Of a stretch of 32,000 nucleotides of DNA, positions 1-9,543 are shown in pieces (position 1 is the stretch's first letter; every line of letters starts with the position of its first letter). The DNA is from Candidatus Kuenenia stuttgartensis. Lineage in GTDB: Bacteria > Planctomycetota > Brocadiia > Brocadiales > Brocadiaceae. The notes under the pieces are model-generated. The model worked only from the letters and a program-made list of their open reading frames with translations. It was not told where the DNA came from and searched no databases. Made by a program: the position numbers and the translations under genes. The DNA lies in contig NZ_LT934425.1 of assembly GCF_900232105.1 (NCBI RefSeq), positions 2,250,001 through 2,282,000 on the forward strand, read 5' to 3'.

Positions 1-369
1 TTTGACGTCCTTTCTTATGGCGCGGAAGTGGTCAATCCCCCTGACTGGCAGTTTTTTGCAGGACATAGGTTTATCAGAGATATCAGTTCCATGATAATGC
101 TTGCGGCAAATTACCAGATTAATGAAAAATGGAGTATTATGGGGAAGGAAAAATATGATCTGAAAACCTCGCTAGCCGATGATGATGACGGCGAGGGGAG
201 ACGCGAGGAACGGAAAAATTTAAAAACAAGCTTTGTGCTGTCCCGTTATTTTCATGACTGGGTAGGAAGCATTACCCTTGAATTAGACCCCATTAGAAAT
301 GATAATTCTTATCGCTTTGATATTAGCCCCAAGGGTCTTCAGCAAACCACGAGCCGCTTTTGGTTTTAA
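1..369 (+). CDS. hypothetical protein, 3' portion (5' end outside window); possible outer-membrane beta-barrel C-terminus
   Basis: Frame 1 is open from base 1 (FDVLSYGAEVVNPPDW...) to TAA at 367-369. The protein ends ...TTSRFWF, a terminal aromatic as in OMP barrels, and has an acidic DDDDGEGRREE loop. Family not recognised. Confidence 0.45.
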   Translation, partial: FDVLSYGAEVVNPPDWQFFAGHRFIRDISSMIMLAANYQINEKWSIMGKEKYDLKTSLADDDDGEGRREERKNLKTSFVLSRYFHDWVGSITLELDPIRNDNSYRFDISPKGLQQTTSRFWF

Positions 370-386
370 TACACAGGGTGCAATCT

Positions 387-887
387 ATGAGAACAGCAGT
401 TTATCCGGGGATGTTTGATCCTGTTACAAATGGACATCTTGATGTTATCCGGCGGGGAAGTGTTATTTTTAGCGGACTAATTGTCTCTGTTGGATGTAAT
501 CCGTTAAAACAAGCGTTGTTTTCTGTAGAAGAAAGAATGGAGATGATCAGGCACAATGTTAAGGATTTTAAAAACGTTGAAGTAGATTGCTTTGAAGGTA
601 TGCTGGTGGATCATCTGGCAAAAAGAGGAACAAATATTATACTGCGTGGCATACGCACGGCATCTGATTTTGAATATGAACGGAACCGGGCATTAACAAA
701 CAGGGTATTCGATAAAAATGCAGAAACAGTATTTGTAATGGCAAGTGAACAATATTTATTTCTAAACTCCGCCCTGATTAAAGAAACGGCCAGTCTGGGC
801 GGAAACGTAAGCAAATTTGTCCCTCCGGACGTTGAAAGAGGTTTAATGCAAAAATTTAAACGCTTACAAAGAAAGAAGACGACATGA
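387..887 (+). CDS. coaD: phosphopantetheine adenylyltransferase
   Basis: MRTAVYPGMFDPVTNGHLDVIRRG carries the nucleotidyltransferase T/HxGH motif. About 166 aa from the ATG at 387; the ORF track's 360 start adds an unlikely 9-aa extension. The stop overlaps the next start (ATGA at 884-887). Confidence 0.9.
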   Translation: MRTAVYPGMFDPVTNGHLDVIRRGSVIFSGLIVSVGCNPLKQALFSVEERMEMIRHNVKDFKNVEVDCFEGMLVDHLAKRGTNIILRGIRTASDFEYERNRALTNRVFDKNAETVFVMASEQYLFLNSALIKETASLGGNVSKFVPPDVERGLMQKFKRLQRKKTT

Positions 888-1681
888 AGGTTAACGTCCT
901 TATTTTAGGCGATATTGTGGGTAGTCCGGGACGCACGATAATAAAAAACAAACTGAAATCTTTTATGGAGAAGGAAGAGATACATTTTTGTATTGCAAAC
1001 GGAGAAAATGCGGCAGCGGGGGCCGGCATTACAGATCAAATCACAAAAGAATTATTTTCTTACGGCGTGGATGTCATCACTATGGGCGACCATGTGTGGG
1101 ATAAAAAGGAAAAGGTTCACGTCCTGGAAATACATAAAAATATTATACGGCCGCTTAATTATTCTCCGTATGCCATTGGAAAGGGCTTTGTGGTTGCAAC
1201 GTCAAAGCTGGGATATCCCATTGGAGTGGTTAACCTGCTTGGCAGGGTATTCATGAAGCCCATAGATTGTCCTTTCAGGGGAGTGGAGAAGATTTTGGGG
1301 GTGCTTTCTAATGAAACGTCGATGATTTTTGTTGATATGCATGCGGAAGCGACCTCCGAAAAAATAGCAATGGGTTTGTTCCTGGACGGTAGAGTCAGTG
1401 CAGTTGTCGGTACCCATACACACGTAATGACTGCAGATGAAAAGATATTGCCAAAGGGAACTGCTTATATAACCGATATAGGCATGACGGGCCCTCATGA
1501 ATCCATATTGGGCAGAAAATCCGATTGCGTGCTAAAGGCGATTATGACGCAAATGCCCACGCGGTTCGAAGTGGCAGAGAATGATGTGCGGATGAATGGT
1601 GTAAAGATTGTTGTGGACAGCCAAACAGGAAGGGCCGAAAGCATAATGAGAATCGAAGTGAAAGAAAAAGAAGCAAGTTGA
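884..1681 (+). CDS. YmdB-like (TIGR00282-type) metallophosphoesterase
   Basis: 265 aa with calcineurin-like metal ligand motifs LGDIVG, NGENAAAG, GDHVWD, HAEATSEK and GTHTHV, in the order typical of YmdB. Confidence 0.8.
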   Translation: MKVNVLILGDIVGSPGRTIIKNKLKSFMEKEEIHFCIANGENAAAGAGITDQITKELFSYGVDVITMGDHVWDKKEKVHVLEIHKNIIRPLNYSPYAIGKGFVVATSKLGYPIGVVNLLGRVFMKPIDCPFRGVEKILGVLSNETSMIFVDMHAEATSEKIAMGLFLDGRVSAVVGTHTHVMTADEKILPKGTAYITDIGMTGPHESILGRKSDCVLKAIMTQMPTRFEVAENDVRMNGVKIVVDSQTGRAESIMRIEVKEKEAS

Positions 1682-1687
1682 GCAGCA

Positions 1688-2926
1688 ATGAATAATCTGT
1701 TTCCTCTTATATCAGATGCGGTAAGGAGTCAAAAGAGAATACTGACCATTTCCGGGATTACCGGTAAGATACGGAACTCGCTGGAACAGGGGTTTTCCCA
1801 CGTATGGATTACCGGAGAGGTGTCCAATTTAAAAAAACCATCCTCCGGCCACTTGTATTTGACGCTGAAAGATGAACATGCGCAGATTCAGGCGGTCATA
1901 TTTAAATCCGTCGCCAACTGGATAAAATTTGACTTAAAGGACGGAATGGAAGTCCTGGCCTTTGGTTCTATCACTGTTTACGAGCCCCGCGGACAATATC
2001 AAATAATCATTGAAAACATCGAGCCAAAAGGATTTGGTGCACTTCAACAGGCATTTTTGAAACTGAAAGAACGATTGGGGAAGGAGGGTTTATTTGACCC
2101 ATGCTACAAGAAACCCCTTCCGTTGCTTCCCCAAAAGATTGCCATCGTAACATCCCTTACCGGTGCGGCAATAAAGGATATCCTGAATGTCATCAACAGA
2201 AGGTTTGCGAAGATGGAAATCCTCATTTATCCAGTGAGGGTTCAGGGCGAGGGCGCTGCCCGGGAAATTGCCAATGCCATTGATAACCTGAATACTATTG
2301 CCGGGATTGATGTGATTATTGTGGGTAGAGGCGGAGGGAGCCTGGAAGATTTATGGGCGTTTAATGAAGAGGTTGTTGCCAGAAGCATTTTTACCTCAAA
2401 GATACCCGTCATTTCCGCAGTAGGGCATGAAATTGATGTCACTATTTCTGACCTGGTCGCAGACATAAGGGCGTTGACCCCGACAGAGGCTGCTGAACTG
2501 GTAGTTCCCTGCTATGATCAGTTAACAGATGCTTTGGAAAAAATTAAAGCTAGACTTATACAATCACTCTATAATAAAATAAAAACAGATCGAAGTCGTT
2601 TGTTACGAGCGGAACATAGCTTTCCCTTTAAGAGGCCGTTTGACAGGATACATAGATTACAACAGGTACTGGACGAGAATATGCAAAGGTTGGTTATGTT
2701 GTGCGGTCATACCTTGAAAATGGAAAAGGAGCAGTTGAAAGGACTTGCAAACAGACTGGAGAGCGTAAGCCCGCTAAAGGTGCTGCAAAGAGGATATTCA
2801 ATTACCACTGTCCTGCAGAATGATATCCCTGTAAAATCCTGCAAGGAACTGTCGTCCGGTACAAAGGTAAGAACCAGATTATATGATGGCAGTTTTGTTT
2901 CCTCGATAATTGAAATTGAAGGGTAA
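1688..2926 (+). CDS. xseA: exodeoxyribonuclease VII large subunit
   Basis: 412 aa. N-terminal OB-fold region (VWITGEVSN...GHLYLTLKD), the catalytic core signature VGRGGGSLEDLWAFNEE, and SAVGHEIDVTISD. Followed by xseB. Confidence 0.9.
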   Translation: MNNLFPLISDAVRSQKRILTISGITGKIRNSLEQGFSHVWITGEVSNLKKPSSGHLYLTLKDEHAQIQAVIFKSVANWIKFDLKDGMEVLAFGSITVYEPRGQYQIIIENIEPKGFGALQQAFLKLKERLGKEGLFDPCYKKPLPLLPQKIAIVTSLTGAAIKDILNVINRRFAKMEILIYPVRVQGEGAAREIANAIDNLNTIAGIDVIIVGRGGGSLEDLWAFNEEVVARSIFTSKIPVISAVGHEIDVTISDLVADIRALTPTEAAELVVPCYDQLTDALEKIKARLIQSLYNKIKTDRSRLLRAEHSFPFKRPFDRIHRLQQVLDENMQRLVMLCGHTLKMEKEQLKGLANRLESVSPLKVLQRGYSITTVLQNDIPVKSCKELSSGTKVRTRLYDGSFVSSIIEIEG

Positions 2927-3024
2927 GCGGGATTGCCTGAAATATATTGGTAGGAGAGGTAAGAACGTTAAAATAAGCGTATATATAAGCAAAAATTTCT
3001 GATTGATGATGGGCATTGTAGTAT

Positions 3025-3276
3025 ATGGCAAAAGTAAAATTTGAGGAGGCGTTAAAGGGACTTGAAAAAATTGTTGATAAACTGGAGAAGGGAGATATGC
3101 CCCTCGATGAAACGTTATCTGAATATGAAAATGGCATAAAATTGTACAAAAAGTGTGTTTCTATGCTGGACGAGGCAGAAAAAAAAATCCAGATATTGGT
3201 AAAGGATGAAAATGGCTCTTTCAGCACCAGAGATTTTATTGATAACAGTACGAATGACACGAATAACGCACCGTAA
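3025..3276 (+). CDS. xseB: exodeoxyribonuclease VII small subunit
   Basis: 83 aa. FEEALKGLEKIVDKLEKGDMPLDETLSEYENGIKLYKKC is the classic XseB helical hairpin. Located downstream of xseA and upstream of dxs. Confidence 0.85.
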   Translation: MAKVKFEEALKGLEKIVDKLEKGDMPLDETLSEYENGIKLYKKCVSMLDEAEKKIQILVKDENGSFSTRDFIDNSTNDTNNAP

Positions 3277-3329
3277 AAAAATAATATGTGTAGAGAGATT
3301 TTTAACAATAAACAATACCAAAGAGACAA

Positions 3330-5264
3330 ATGAATAATATCTTAGACTCCGTTGAATTTCCGGAAGACCTGAAAAAGTTAAACCCGGAAGATTTGCCCAA
3401 ACTGGCAAGTGAAATCCGTTCCTTTATTGTGGACGTCATATCAAAAAATCCCGGACATCTTTCCTCAAACCTCGGAGTGGTGGAATTGACGATGGCGCTC
3501 CATTATTGTTTCGATTTCAGGAAAGACAGAATTGTCTGGGACGTTGGCCATCAGGCGTATGTCCACAAGATACTTACCGGCAGGAAAACACATTTCTCCA
3601 TACTGCGCCAATATAAAGGACTCAGCGGCTTTCCGGATAAAAATGAAAGCGTATATGATCCTTTCACATGCGGCCATAGCGGTGATGCGATATCTTCCGC
3701 CCTGGGATTGTCATGTGCAGATGAGATTATCGGATACAAACGATCCATTGTGGTGGTGGTGGGAGATGGCGGCATAGGGGCTGGTATGTCTCTGGAAGCA
3801 TTAAACCATGCAGGCGATATTAAGAAAAATCTACTTGTTGTCTTAAATGATAATGAGATGTCTATTTCCAACACCGTAGGGGCAGTTTCGAAATATTTGA
3901 ACAAAATACGAACAATGCCGATTTATGCGGATATAAGAAAAGAGTTACGCGGTTTGATAAAAATATTGCCGGTGCTTGGGAAGCCTATGGAGAAAACACT
4001 GGAACATCTTGTTGAATTGGTAAAAATCGGTGCTACTCCGGGGCGTATTTTTGAAGACCTCGGATTCAATTATTTCGGGCCGATTGACGGGCACGATTTT
4101 AAGGTATTAACAGAAACAATAAATGATATTAAGCATTTAAACGGCCCTGTGTTGCTGCATGTGATAACAGAAAAGGGGCGTGGTTTTGAACCTGCATACC
4201 AAAACCCCACGCAATTCCACAGCTCCGGGAAATTTAAGCTTTCTGAAGGCAAAATAGAGAAAGAGGTACAGGATGCAGGGAAAATTTCTTACACAAAAGT
4301 TTTTAGCGATGCGCTGGTGGAATTCTCAAAAACGAATCCTTCTATCGTAGGCATTACTGCGGCTATGCCGGACGGCACGGGTATGATTTCCTTTGGGGAA
4401 AAATTCCCGGACAGATATTTTGACGTGGGTATTTGTGAACAACATGCCGTTGGACTTGCAAACGGTCTTTCAACCGAAAAATTGAAGCCTGTGGTGGCAA
4501 TATATTCCACATTTTTGCAGAGGGCATATGACCAGGTCTTCCATGATATTTGTTTACAAAAAAATCCAGTAGTTTTTGTCATGGACAGATCCGGGGTGGT
4601 TGGCAATGATGGCCCTACCCATAACGGCGTGTTTGATATAGCGTATCTCCGCAATTTGCCCGGCATTGTATTGATGTCCCCTAAAGACGGAAGCGAACTA
4701 AGGGCAATGCTAAAGATTGCCATCGATTCTGATGAGATAATTGCAATTCGCTATCCAAAAGAAAATATACCCGATGAAAAAATCGATTTGGAATGCAAGC
4801 CGTTTGGGATTGGAGAGGCTGAGATTCTAAGAGAAGGCAAAGACGGCGTGCTTCTGGCGTATGGTTGTATGGTACAAAGATGCCTGCAGGCGGCGGAACA
4901 ATTGTCGGGAAAAGGCGTCGAAGCCACGGTAGTAAATGCCAGATATGCAAAACCCCTTGATAAAAAACTTATTTTGTCATTAGTAAGAAAACACAAACTG
5001 ATTCTTACTGTTGAAGACCATGCGCTTGCGGGAGGTTTCGGCTCCGCCGTGCTTGAGATGGTTTCTGATGAAAAAGAGGATGCGGGCAAAATTGTAAGGA
5101 TGGGTATTCCTGACAGATTTATGGAACATGGGCCAAGAGAGGTTATATTGAAAAATCTTGGTTTGGATGCTGACGGTATTGCAGATACATTTATTGCATC
5201 TCTCGATCTAACGGAAATAAAAGGCTCATTCGCAAATACAGGTAAGCGGCATTTAGCCGTTTAG
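3330..5264 (+). CDS. dxs: 1-deoxy-D-xylulose-5-phosphate synthase
   Basis: 644 aa. N-terminal GHLSSNLGVVELTMALHY, a TPP-binding GDGGIGAGMSLEALNHAG...LNDNEMSIS, and a transketolase-like pyrimidine-binding region plus C-terminal domain. Confidence 0.95.
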   Translation: MNNILDSVEFPEDLKKLNPEDLPKLASEIRSFIVDVISKNPGHLSSNLGVVELTMALHYCFDFRKDRIVWDVGHQAYVHKILTGRKTHFSILRQYKGLSGFPDKNESVYDPFTCGHSGDAISSALGLSCADEIIGYKRSIVVVVGDGGIGAGMSLEALNHAGDIKKNLLVVLNDNEMSISNTVGAVSKYLNKIRTMPIYADIRKELRGLIKILPVLGKPMEKTLEHLVELVKIGATPGRIFEDLGFNYFGPIDGHDFKVLTETINDIKHLNGPVLLHVITEKGRGFEPAYQNPTQFHSSGKFKLSEGKIEKEVQDAGKISYTKVFSDALVEFSKTNPSIVGITAAMPDGTGMISFGEKFPDRYFDVGICEQHAVGLANGLSTEKLKPVVAIYSTFLQRAYDQVFHDICLQKNPVVFVMDRSGVVGNDGPTHNGVFDIAYLRNLPGIVLMSPKDGSELRAMLKIAIDSDEIIAIRYPKENIPDEKIDLECKPFGIGEAEILREGKDGVLLAYGCMVQRCLQAAEQLSGKGVEATVVNARYAKPLDKKLILSLVRKHKLILTVEDHALAGGFGSAVLEMVSDEKEDAGKIVRMGIPDRFMEHGPREVILKNLGLDADGIADTFIASLDLTEIKGSFANTGKRHLAV

Positions 5265-5367
5265 TAGCTTCGGCAGTCTACAAGCTACAGTCGGTAGATT
5301 GCAGATTGAGGACTGAGGACTGTTTTCGTGCTTGTTTGGTTCTGGCTGTGCCAGCTTAGGGTGAATA

Positions 5368-6207
5368 ATGAAAAAAATCCTCGTGCTAGGAAATTTTACA
5401 AAGAAAAAAATACATGATATGGTGTCGGGCTTAAAGCCATGGCTTAATAAATATGTCGAAACAGCGATTGTCGATTTGTCTCAGGACGAAATCCCTGAAG
5501 GCATATATGAAATGGCCGTGGTGTTTGGCGGCGACGGCGCTATTTTGTCCACCTGCAGAAAACTGTCCGGGAATCAGATACCCATTATTGGCGTACACAT
5601 GGGGCGGTTCGGTTTCCTGGCAGAAATCACGGAACGGGAAGTTTGCAAGTCTATGGAAAAAATCTTTTCCGGAAAGTATTCGATACGCAAAAGAATGCTT
5701 CTTCATTGCCGCATTCAACGGAGGGACAAGGTTATTTGTGAGTCAATAGGCGTAAATGACGTCGTCATCTCCCGGTCTTCTTTATCGAGATTAATTTCCA
5801 TACGATTGCTTATCGATGGCGAAGACGTTGCAACATACAGGGCTGATGGACTGATTATATCAACGCCTTTAGGATCAACGGCACACTCCTTATCTGCCGG
5901 GGGACCTTTAGTAACACCGGATTTGAACGCGTTTATTATAGTGCCCGTTTGTCCCCATACGCTCACAAACAGACCATTGGTGGTTTCCGGCAATACGAAG
6001 ATTGAAATCGAACCGCTGTCGCAATCTCCAAGCATCGGCATGACCGTTGACGGGCAAATATATACCGAATTGGAAGGTGGAGATAAGGTGATGGTCGAAC
6101 GGTCAGATATTGAAATACAAATGGTTGATACCGGAGAAAGGACTTTTTACGGTGTTTTGCGTGAAAAATTAAACTGGGGAGGACCTCCGAATTATGGCCG
6201 TAATTAA
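5368..6207 (+). CDS. nadK: NAD(+) kinase
   Basis: 279 aa with the GGDGAILS and DGLIISTPLGSTAHSLSAGGPLV signatures of NAD kinases. Confidence 0.9.
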   Translation: MKKILVLGNFTKKKIHDMVSGLKPWLNKYVETAIVDLSQDEIPEGIYEMAVVFGGDGAILSTCRKLSGNQIPIIGVHMGRFGFLAEITEREVCKSMEKIFSGKYSIRKRMLLHCRIQRRDKVICESIGVNDVVISRSSLSRLISIRLLIDGEDVATYRADGLIISTPLGSTAHSLSAGGPLVTPDLNAFIIVPVCPHTLTNRPLVVSGNTKIEIEPLSQSPSIGMTVDGQIYTELEGGDKVMVERSDIEIQMVDTGERTFYGVLREKLNWGGPPNYGRN

Positions 6208-6397
6208 GATAAAGGAAAATTATTGCAAGGGATGCCTTTTATGCGTTCCCGTATGCCATCATAATTCTCTGGTTATTTCGGAAACACTGAATGATCAGGG
6301 ACTGTACCCCGTAAGATTTAAAGAAGGGGGAAAATGCGACGGTTGTAAAAAATGTGCCATAATGTGTCCTGATGTTGCAATAGAAATTTATAACTGA
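6194..6397 (+). CDS. 2-oxoacid:ferredoxin oxidoreductase delta subunit (2x[4Fe-4S] ferredoxin)
   Basis: 67 aa with two cluster motifs, CKGCLLCVPVC and CDGCKKCAIMCP. Overlaps the nadK 3' end by 14 nt and precedes the alpha/beta/gamma subunits. Confidence 0.8.
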   Translation: MAVIKIKENYCKGCLLCVPVCHHNSLVISETLNDQGLYPVRFKEGGKCDGCKKCAIMCPDVAIEIYN

Positions 6398-6436
6398 TGC
6401 TGTTTAATTCATGCAACTTTTTAGATACTGCGTATT

Positions 6437-7528
6437 ATGAAACAATTACTAACGGGCAATGAAGCTGCCGCAGAGTCGGCAGTTTATGCAGGCTGCCGAT
6501 ACTATTATGGGTATCCCATTACGCCTCAAAATGAGCTGATTAATTATATGTCCGTGAGAATGCCTCAGGTAAAAGGCACATTCATTCAGGCGGAGAGTGA
6601 AATTGCCGCCATAAGTATGGTGCATGGCAGTGCAGCCGCCGGAGGCCGCGCTATGACTTCTTCGTCCAGCCCCGGAATAAGCCTGAAGCAGGAAGGCATA
6701 TCCTACCTTGCGGGAAGCGAGCTCCCCTGTGTTATCGTCAATATTCAGCGCGGAGGGCCTGGTTTAGGCGATATCTCCGCTTCGCAGGCGGACTATTTTC
6801 AGTCGGTCAAAGGCGGCGGACATGGCGATTATCGGTTAATAGTGCTTGCGCCTAGTTCTGTCCAGGAAATGGCAGACCTTGTTTATGATGCATTTGATTT
6901 GGCGGATAGGTATTGCAACCCTGTTTTGATCCTGGGAGACGCACAGATAGGGCAACTGATGGAGCCGGTCGAATTTAAAAAGGAATTCAGGGAAAATCTG
7001 CCGTTAAAAGATTGGGCGCTGACCGGCGCTGATAACCGCAGCAGGAGAATAATAAAATCATTTTATTCCGTCAAAGGGGAATTAGAGGTATTTAACGCCA
7101 AGTTGCAGAACAAGTATAAGGAAATCGAGAAAAATGAGGTACGGTATGAAGCCGTGAATATTGACGAGGCGGACGTTGTATTAGTGGCTTACGGCACCTC
7201 TGCGCGTATTTGTAAGGAAGCCATGAGAAAAAGTGCCCAGTTTGAATTCCGGGTCGGACTAATACGCCCGATAACATTGTGGCCCTTTCCGGGTGAATAT
7301 ATAAGAAAAATATCTGAACGGGTAAAATGCCTGTTAGCCGTTGAAATGAGCGCCGGCCAGATGGTGGAAGACGTTAGGCTTGCGGTTGAAGGAAGATGTC
7401 CTGTCCACTTTTATGGCAGAACAGGCGGCGGCGTACCTACTTCTCTGGAAATAATAAATAAAATAGTGGAAATATTGCCGAAAAACATGGCGGCAAAGAC
7501 ACCTTTACCATTTGCCGGGGTGAAATAA
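6437..7528 (+). CDS. 2-oxoacid:ferredoxin oxidoreductase alpha subunit
   Basis: 363 aa. The N-terminal LTGNEAAAESAVYAGCRYYYGYPITPQNE and QAESEIAAISMVHGSAAAG are typical of KorA/OorA/PorA-type alpha subunits. Substrate (2-oxoglutarate versus pyruvate or other) cannot be decided by eye. Confidence 0.85.
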   Translation: MKQLLTGNEAAAESAVYAGCRYYYGYPITPQNELINYMSVRMPQVKGTFIQAESEIAAISMVHGSAAAGGRAMTSSSSPGISLKQEGISYLAGSELPCVIVNIQRGGPGLGDISASQADYFQSVKGGGHGDYRLIVLAPSSVQEMADLVYDAFDLADRYCNPVLILGDAQIGQLMEPVEFKKEFRENLPLKDWALTGADNRSRRIIKSFYSVKGELEVFNAKLQNKYKEIEKNEVRYEAVNIDEADVVLVAYGTSARICKEAMRKSAQFEFRVGLIRPITLWPFPGEYIRKISERVKCLLAVEMSAGQMVEDVRLAVEGRCPVHFYGRTGGGVPTSLEIINKIVEILPKNMAAKTPLPFAGVK

Positions 7529-7529
7529 T

Positions 7530-8267
7530 ATGCAGGCTATTTACGAAAAACCGGAAACTTTCATAGACACACCAACACATTTCTGTCCCGGCTGTGGACA
7601 CGGAATTGTGCTAAGACTTATTGCCGAAATTATTTATGCGTGGGGCATTCGTGGCAAAACCATCGGACTTGCCCCCGTTGGGTGCGCCGTTCTTGCGTAT
7701 AATTATCTTGATATTGACATGTGCGAAGCCGCACACGGCAGACCGCCTGCAGTCGCCACCGGTATCAAGAGGGTACACCCGGATCATTTTGTATTTGCCT
7801 ATCAGGGAGATGGTGATTTAGCGGCAATTGGTATGGCTGAAATTATTCATGCGGCAAACAGGGGAGAGCATATTACGTTTATTTTCGTCAACAATGCAAT
7901 CTACGGCATGACAAACGGCCAGATGGCGCCGACAACCTTGATAGGGCAGAAAAGCGCCACGACGCCTAAAGGCAGAAATCCTTCGAACGATGGATATCCT
8001 ATTCGTATCTGTGAATTATTGTCTGTCCTTGAGGGCAGCAGCTATATTGAAAGAGTAAGCCTTTCGTCTCCTGAAAACATCCGGAAAACGAAAAAAGCAA
8101 TTGAAAAAGGATTTAAAACACAAAAGGAAAAGAGAGGTTTTTCTTTGATAGAGATATTGTCCCCCTGCCCGATATACTGGAGAATGGGCGCAAACGAATC
8201 TATGAAGCATATTGATGAAACAATGACCGGTACCTTTCCCCTCGGTATTGTAAAGGATTGGGAGTAA
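7530..8267 (+). CDS. 2-oxoacid:ferredoxin oxidoreductase beta subunit (TPP-binding)
   Basis: 245 aa. Cys-rich N-terminus (FCPGCGHG), TPP motif YQGDGDLAAIGMAEIIHAANRGEHITFIFVNNAIYGMTNGQ. Confidence 0.85.
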   Translation: MQAIYEKPETFIDTPTHFCPGCGHGIVLRLIAEIIYAWGIRGKTIGLAPVGCAVLAYNYLDIDMCEAAHGRPPAVATGIKRVHPDHFVFAYQGDGDLAAIGMAEIIHAANRGEHITFIFVNNAIYGMTNGQMAPTTLIGQKSATTPKGRNPSNDGYPIRICELLSVLEGSSYIERVSLSSPENIRKTKKAIEKGFKTQKEKRGFSLIEILSPCPIYWRMGANESMKHIDETMTGTFPLGIVKDWE

Positions 8268-8276
8268 AGAAGCAGA

Positions 8277-8822
8277 ATGACGGAAAAGATTATCTTGGCG
8301 GGTTTTGGCGGACAAGGCATGATGCTGCTGGGGAAATTGCTTGCACAGACTGCAATAGCGGACTCCCTTTACGTAACATATTTTCCTTCCTATGGCACCG
8401 AGGTAAGAGGCGGCACCGCGGTGTATCACCTCGTTATTTCCAGCGAAGAAATATTTTCCCCGCTCATAGAAGAAGCTGACACACTGATCGTCATGAACCA
8501 GCCTTCTTATCAAAAATATAAAGACTTGATAACGCACGGCGGTTTGTTGCTTTTAAACTCTTCTATGGTTAAATTTGATTCATTTCCCGATGTGAAAATA
8601 TATCCCATACCGGCAACGGAAATTGCCAGTAAACTGGGAAATGTGTTAGTTGCCAACATTGTTATGCTGGGCGCTTATTTGGAGGTAAAAAAATTATTTA
8701 CTGCCGAGAGCATTCTAGGCCAGCTAAATATCTCATTGTGTGGAAGAAAAAAGGATTTACTGGCTATCAACCAGCAAGCTTTGGAAAAAGGCATGCAAGC
8801 AATACATTCCCTCAACGTATAG
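8277..8822 (+). CDS. 2-oxoacid:ferredoxin oxidoreductase gamma subunit
   Basis: 181 aa. ILAGFGGQGMMLLGKLLA and SYGTEVRGG are typical of the gamma subunit. Last gene of the delta-alpha-beta-gamma set. Confidence 0.85.
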   Translation: MTEKIILAGFGGQGMMLLGKLLAQTAIADSLYVTYFPSYGTEVRGGTAVYHLVISSEEIFSPLIEEADTLIVMNQPSYQKYKDLITHGGLLLLNSSMVKFDSFPDVKIYPIPATEIASKLGNVLVANIVMLGAYLEVKKLFTAESILGQLNISLCGRKKDLLAINQQALEKGMQAIHSLNV

Positions 8823-8900
8823 AATTTTACCTTTCCCGTGATATCCCCCCCGCTTTAATATTTTTTGTGCCATAAGCTCATGGATATTTCATCTTTACCC

Positions 8901-8929
8901 TTGACAGACAAGTCTGTCTGGTATATGTT
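8901..8929 (+). promoter_or_regulatory. sigma70-type promoter of the TetR gene with an embedded operator
   Basis: TTGACA (8901-8906), a 17-nt spacer, then TATGTT (8924-8929). The spacer contains the perfect 7-bp-arm palindrome GACAGAC-AA-GTCTGTC (8903-8918). The ATG is at 8935. Confidence 0.6.
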
Positions 8930-8934
8930 GAATT

Positions 8935-9525
8935 ATGGATAATAAAGCTGAGAATTCTCCAAGAGACAGAATAATAGAAACCGCATTGCGGTTATTTTAT
9001 GAGCAGGGGTATATTGCCACTGGCATTAACCAGATAATTGCTGAGTCGCAGGTTGCAAAGGCAACGTTTTACCACCATTTTTCCTCAAAAGAAAATCTTT
9101 GCGTCTCGTATTTGCAGGTGCGTCATGTTGTCTGGATGGGTTGGTTAAGAAGCAGCGTTGAAAAACATACATCTATTGAAGACCGTATCAAAGGGGTATT
9201 TGGATTTTTAAGTGAGTGGATGACAAAATGCAATTTCAGGGGGTGTGCGTTTTTAAATATTGCATCCGAGGTACCTTCTCTTAACAGCAAGATCAGGACA
9301 GAGGTAGTAAAACATAAGGACGACTTAAGGTTATATTTAAAACAAATGTTATCTCGATTAAAGGCTTCTGATAAGCGTTATAATAATATTAATATTAAGA
9401 AGGATGTGGATATGGTTTATGTTTTGATAGAAGGAGCAATTGTTGCCAGTCAAAACTATGGACAGGCATGGCCTGTCAAGGCAGCCAGAGACGCCGCATG
9501 CATATTATTAAATATAGATATCTAA
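8935..9525 (+). CDS. TetR/AcrR family transcriptional regulator
   Basis: 196 aa. N-terminal HTH RIIETALRLFYEQGYIATGINQIIAESQVAKATFYHHFSSKENL. Confidence 0.9.
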   Translation: MDNKAENSPRDRIIETALRLFYEQGYIATGINQIIAESQVAKATFYHHFSSKENLCVSYLQVRHVVWMGWLRSSVEKHTSIEDRIKGVFGFLSEWMTKCNFRGCAFLNIASEVPSLNSKIRTEVVKHKDDLRLYLKQMLSRLKASDKRYNNINIKKDVDMVYVLIEGAIVASQNYGQAWPVKAARDAACILLNIDI

Positions 9526-9543
9526 AAAATTTTTGATATTCAA

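Noticed and set aside
46-62. TGGCAGTTTTTTGCAGG, a sigma54-like sequence
   Set aside because: The GG-to-GC spacing is 9 rather than 10 nt, and it lies inside a coding region about 330 nt from the next start.
2802-3329. 175-aa minus-strand ORF overlapping xseB and the xseA 3' end
   Set aside because: It is antisense to two well-supported genes, with hydrophobic low-complexity sequence typical of AT-rich antisense frames.
8016-8537. 173-aa and 92-aa minus-strand ORFs across the OFOR beta/gamma junction
   Set aside because: They are antisense to strongly supported subunit genes and have no recognisable motifs.
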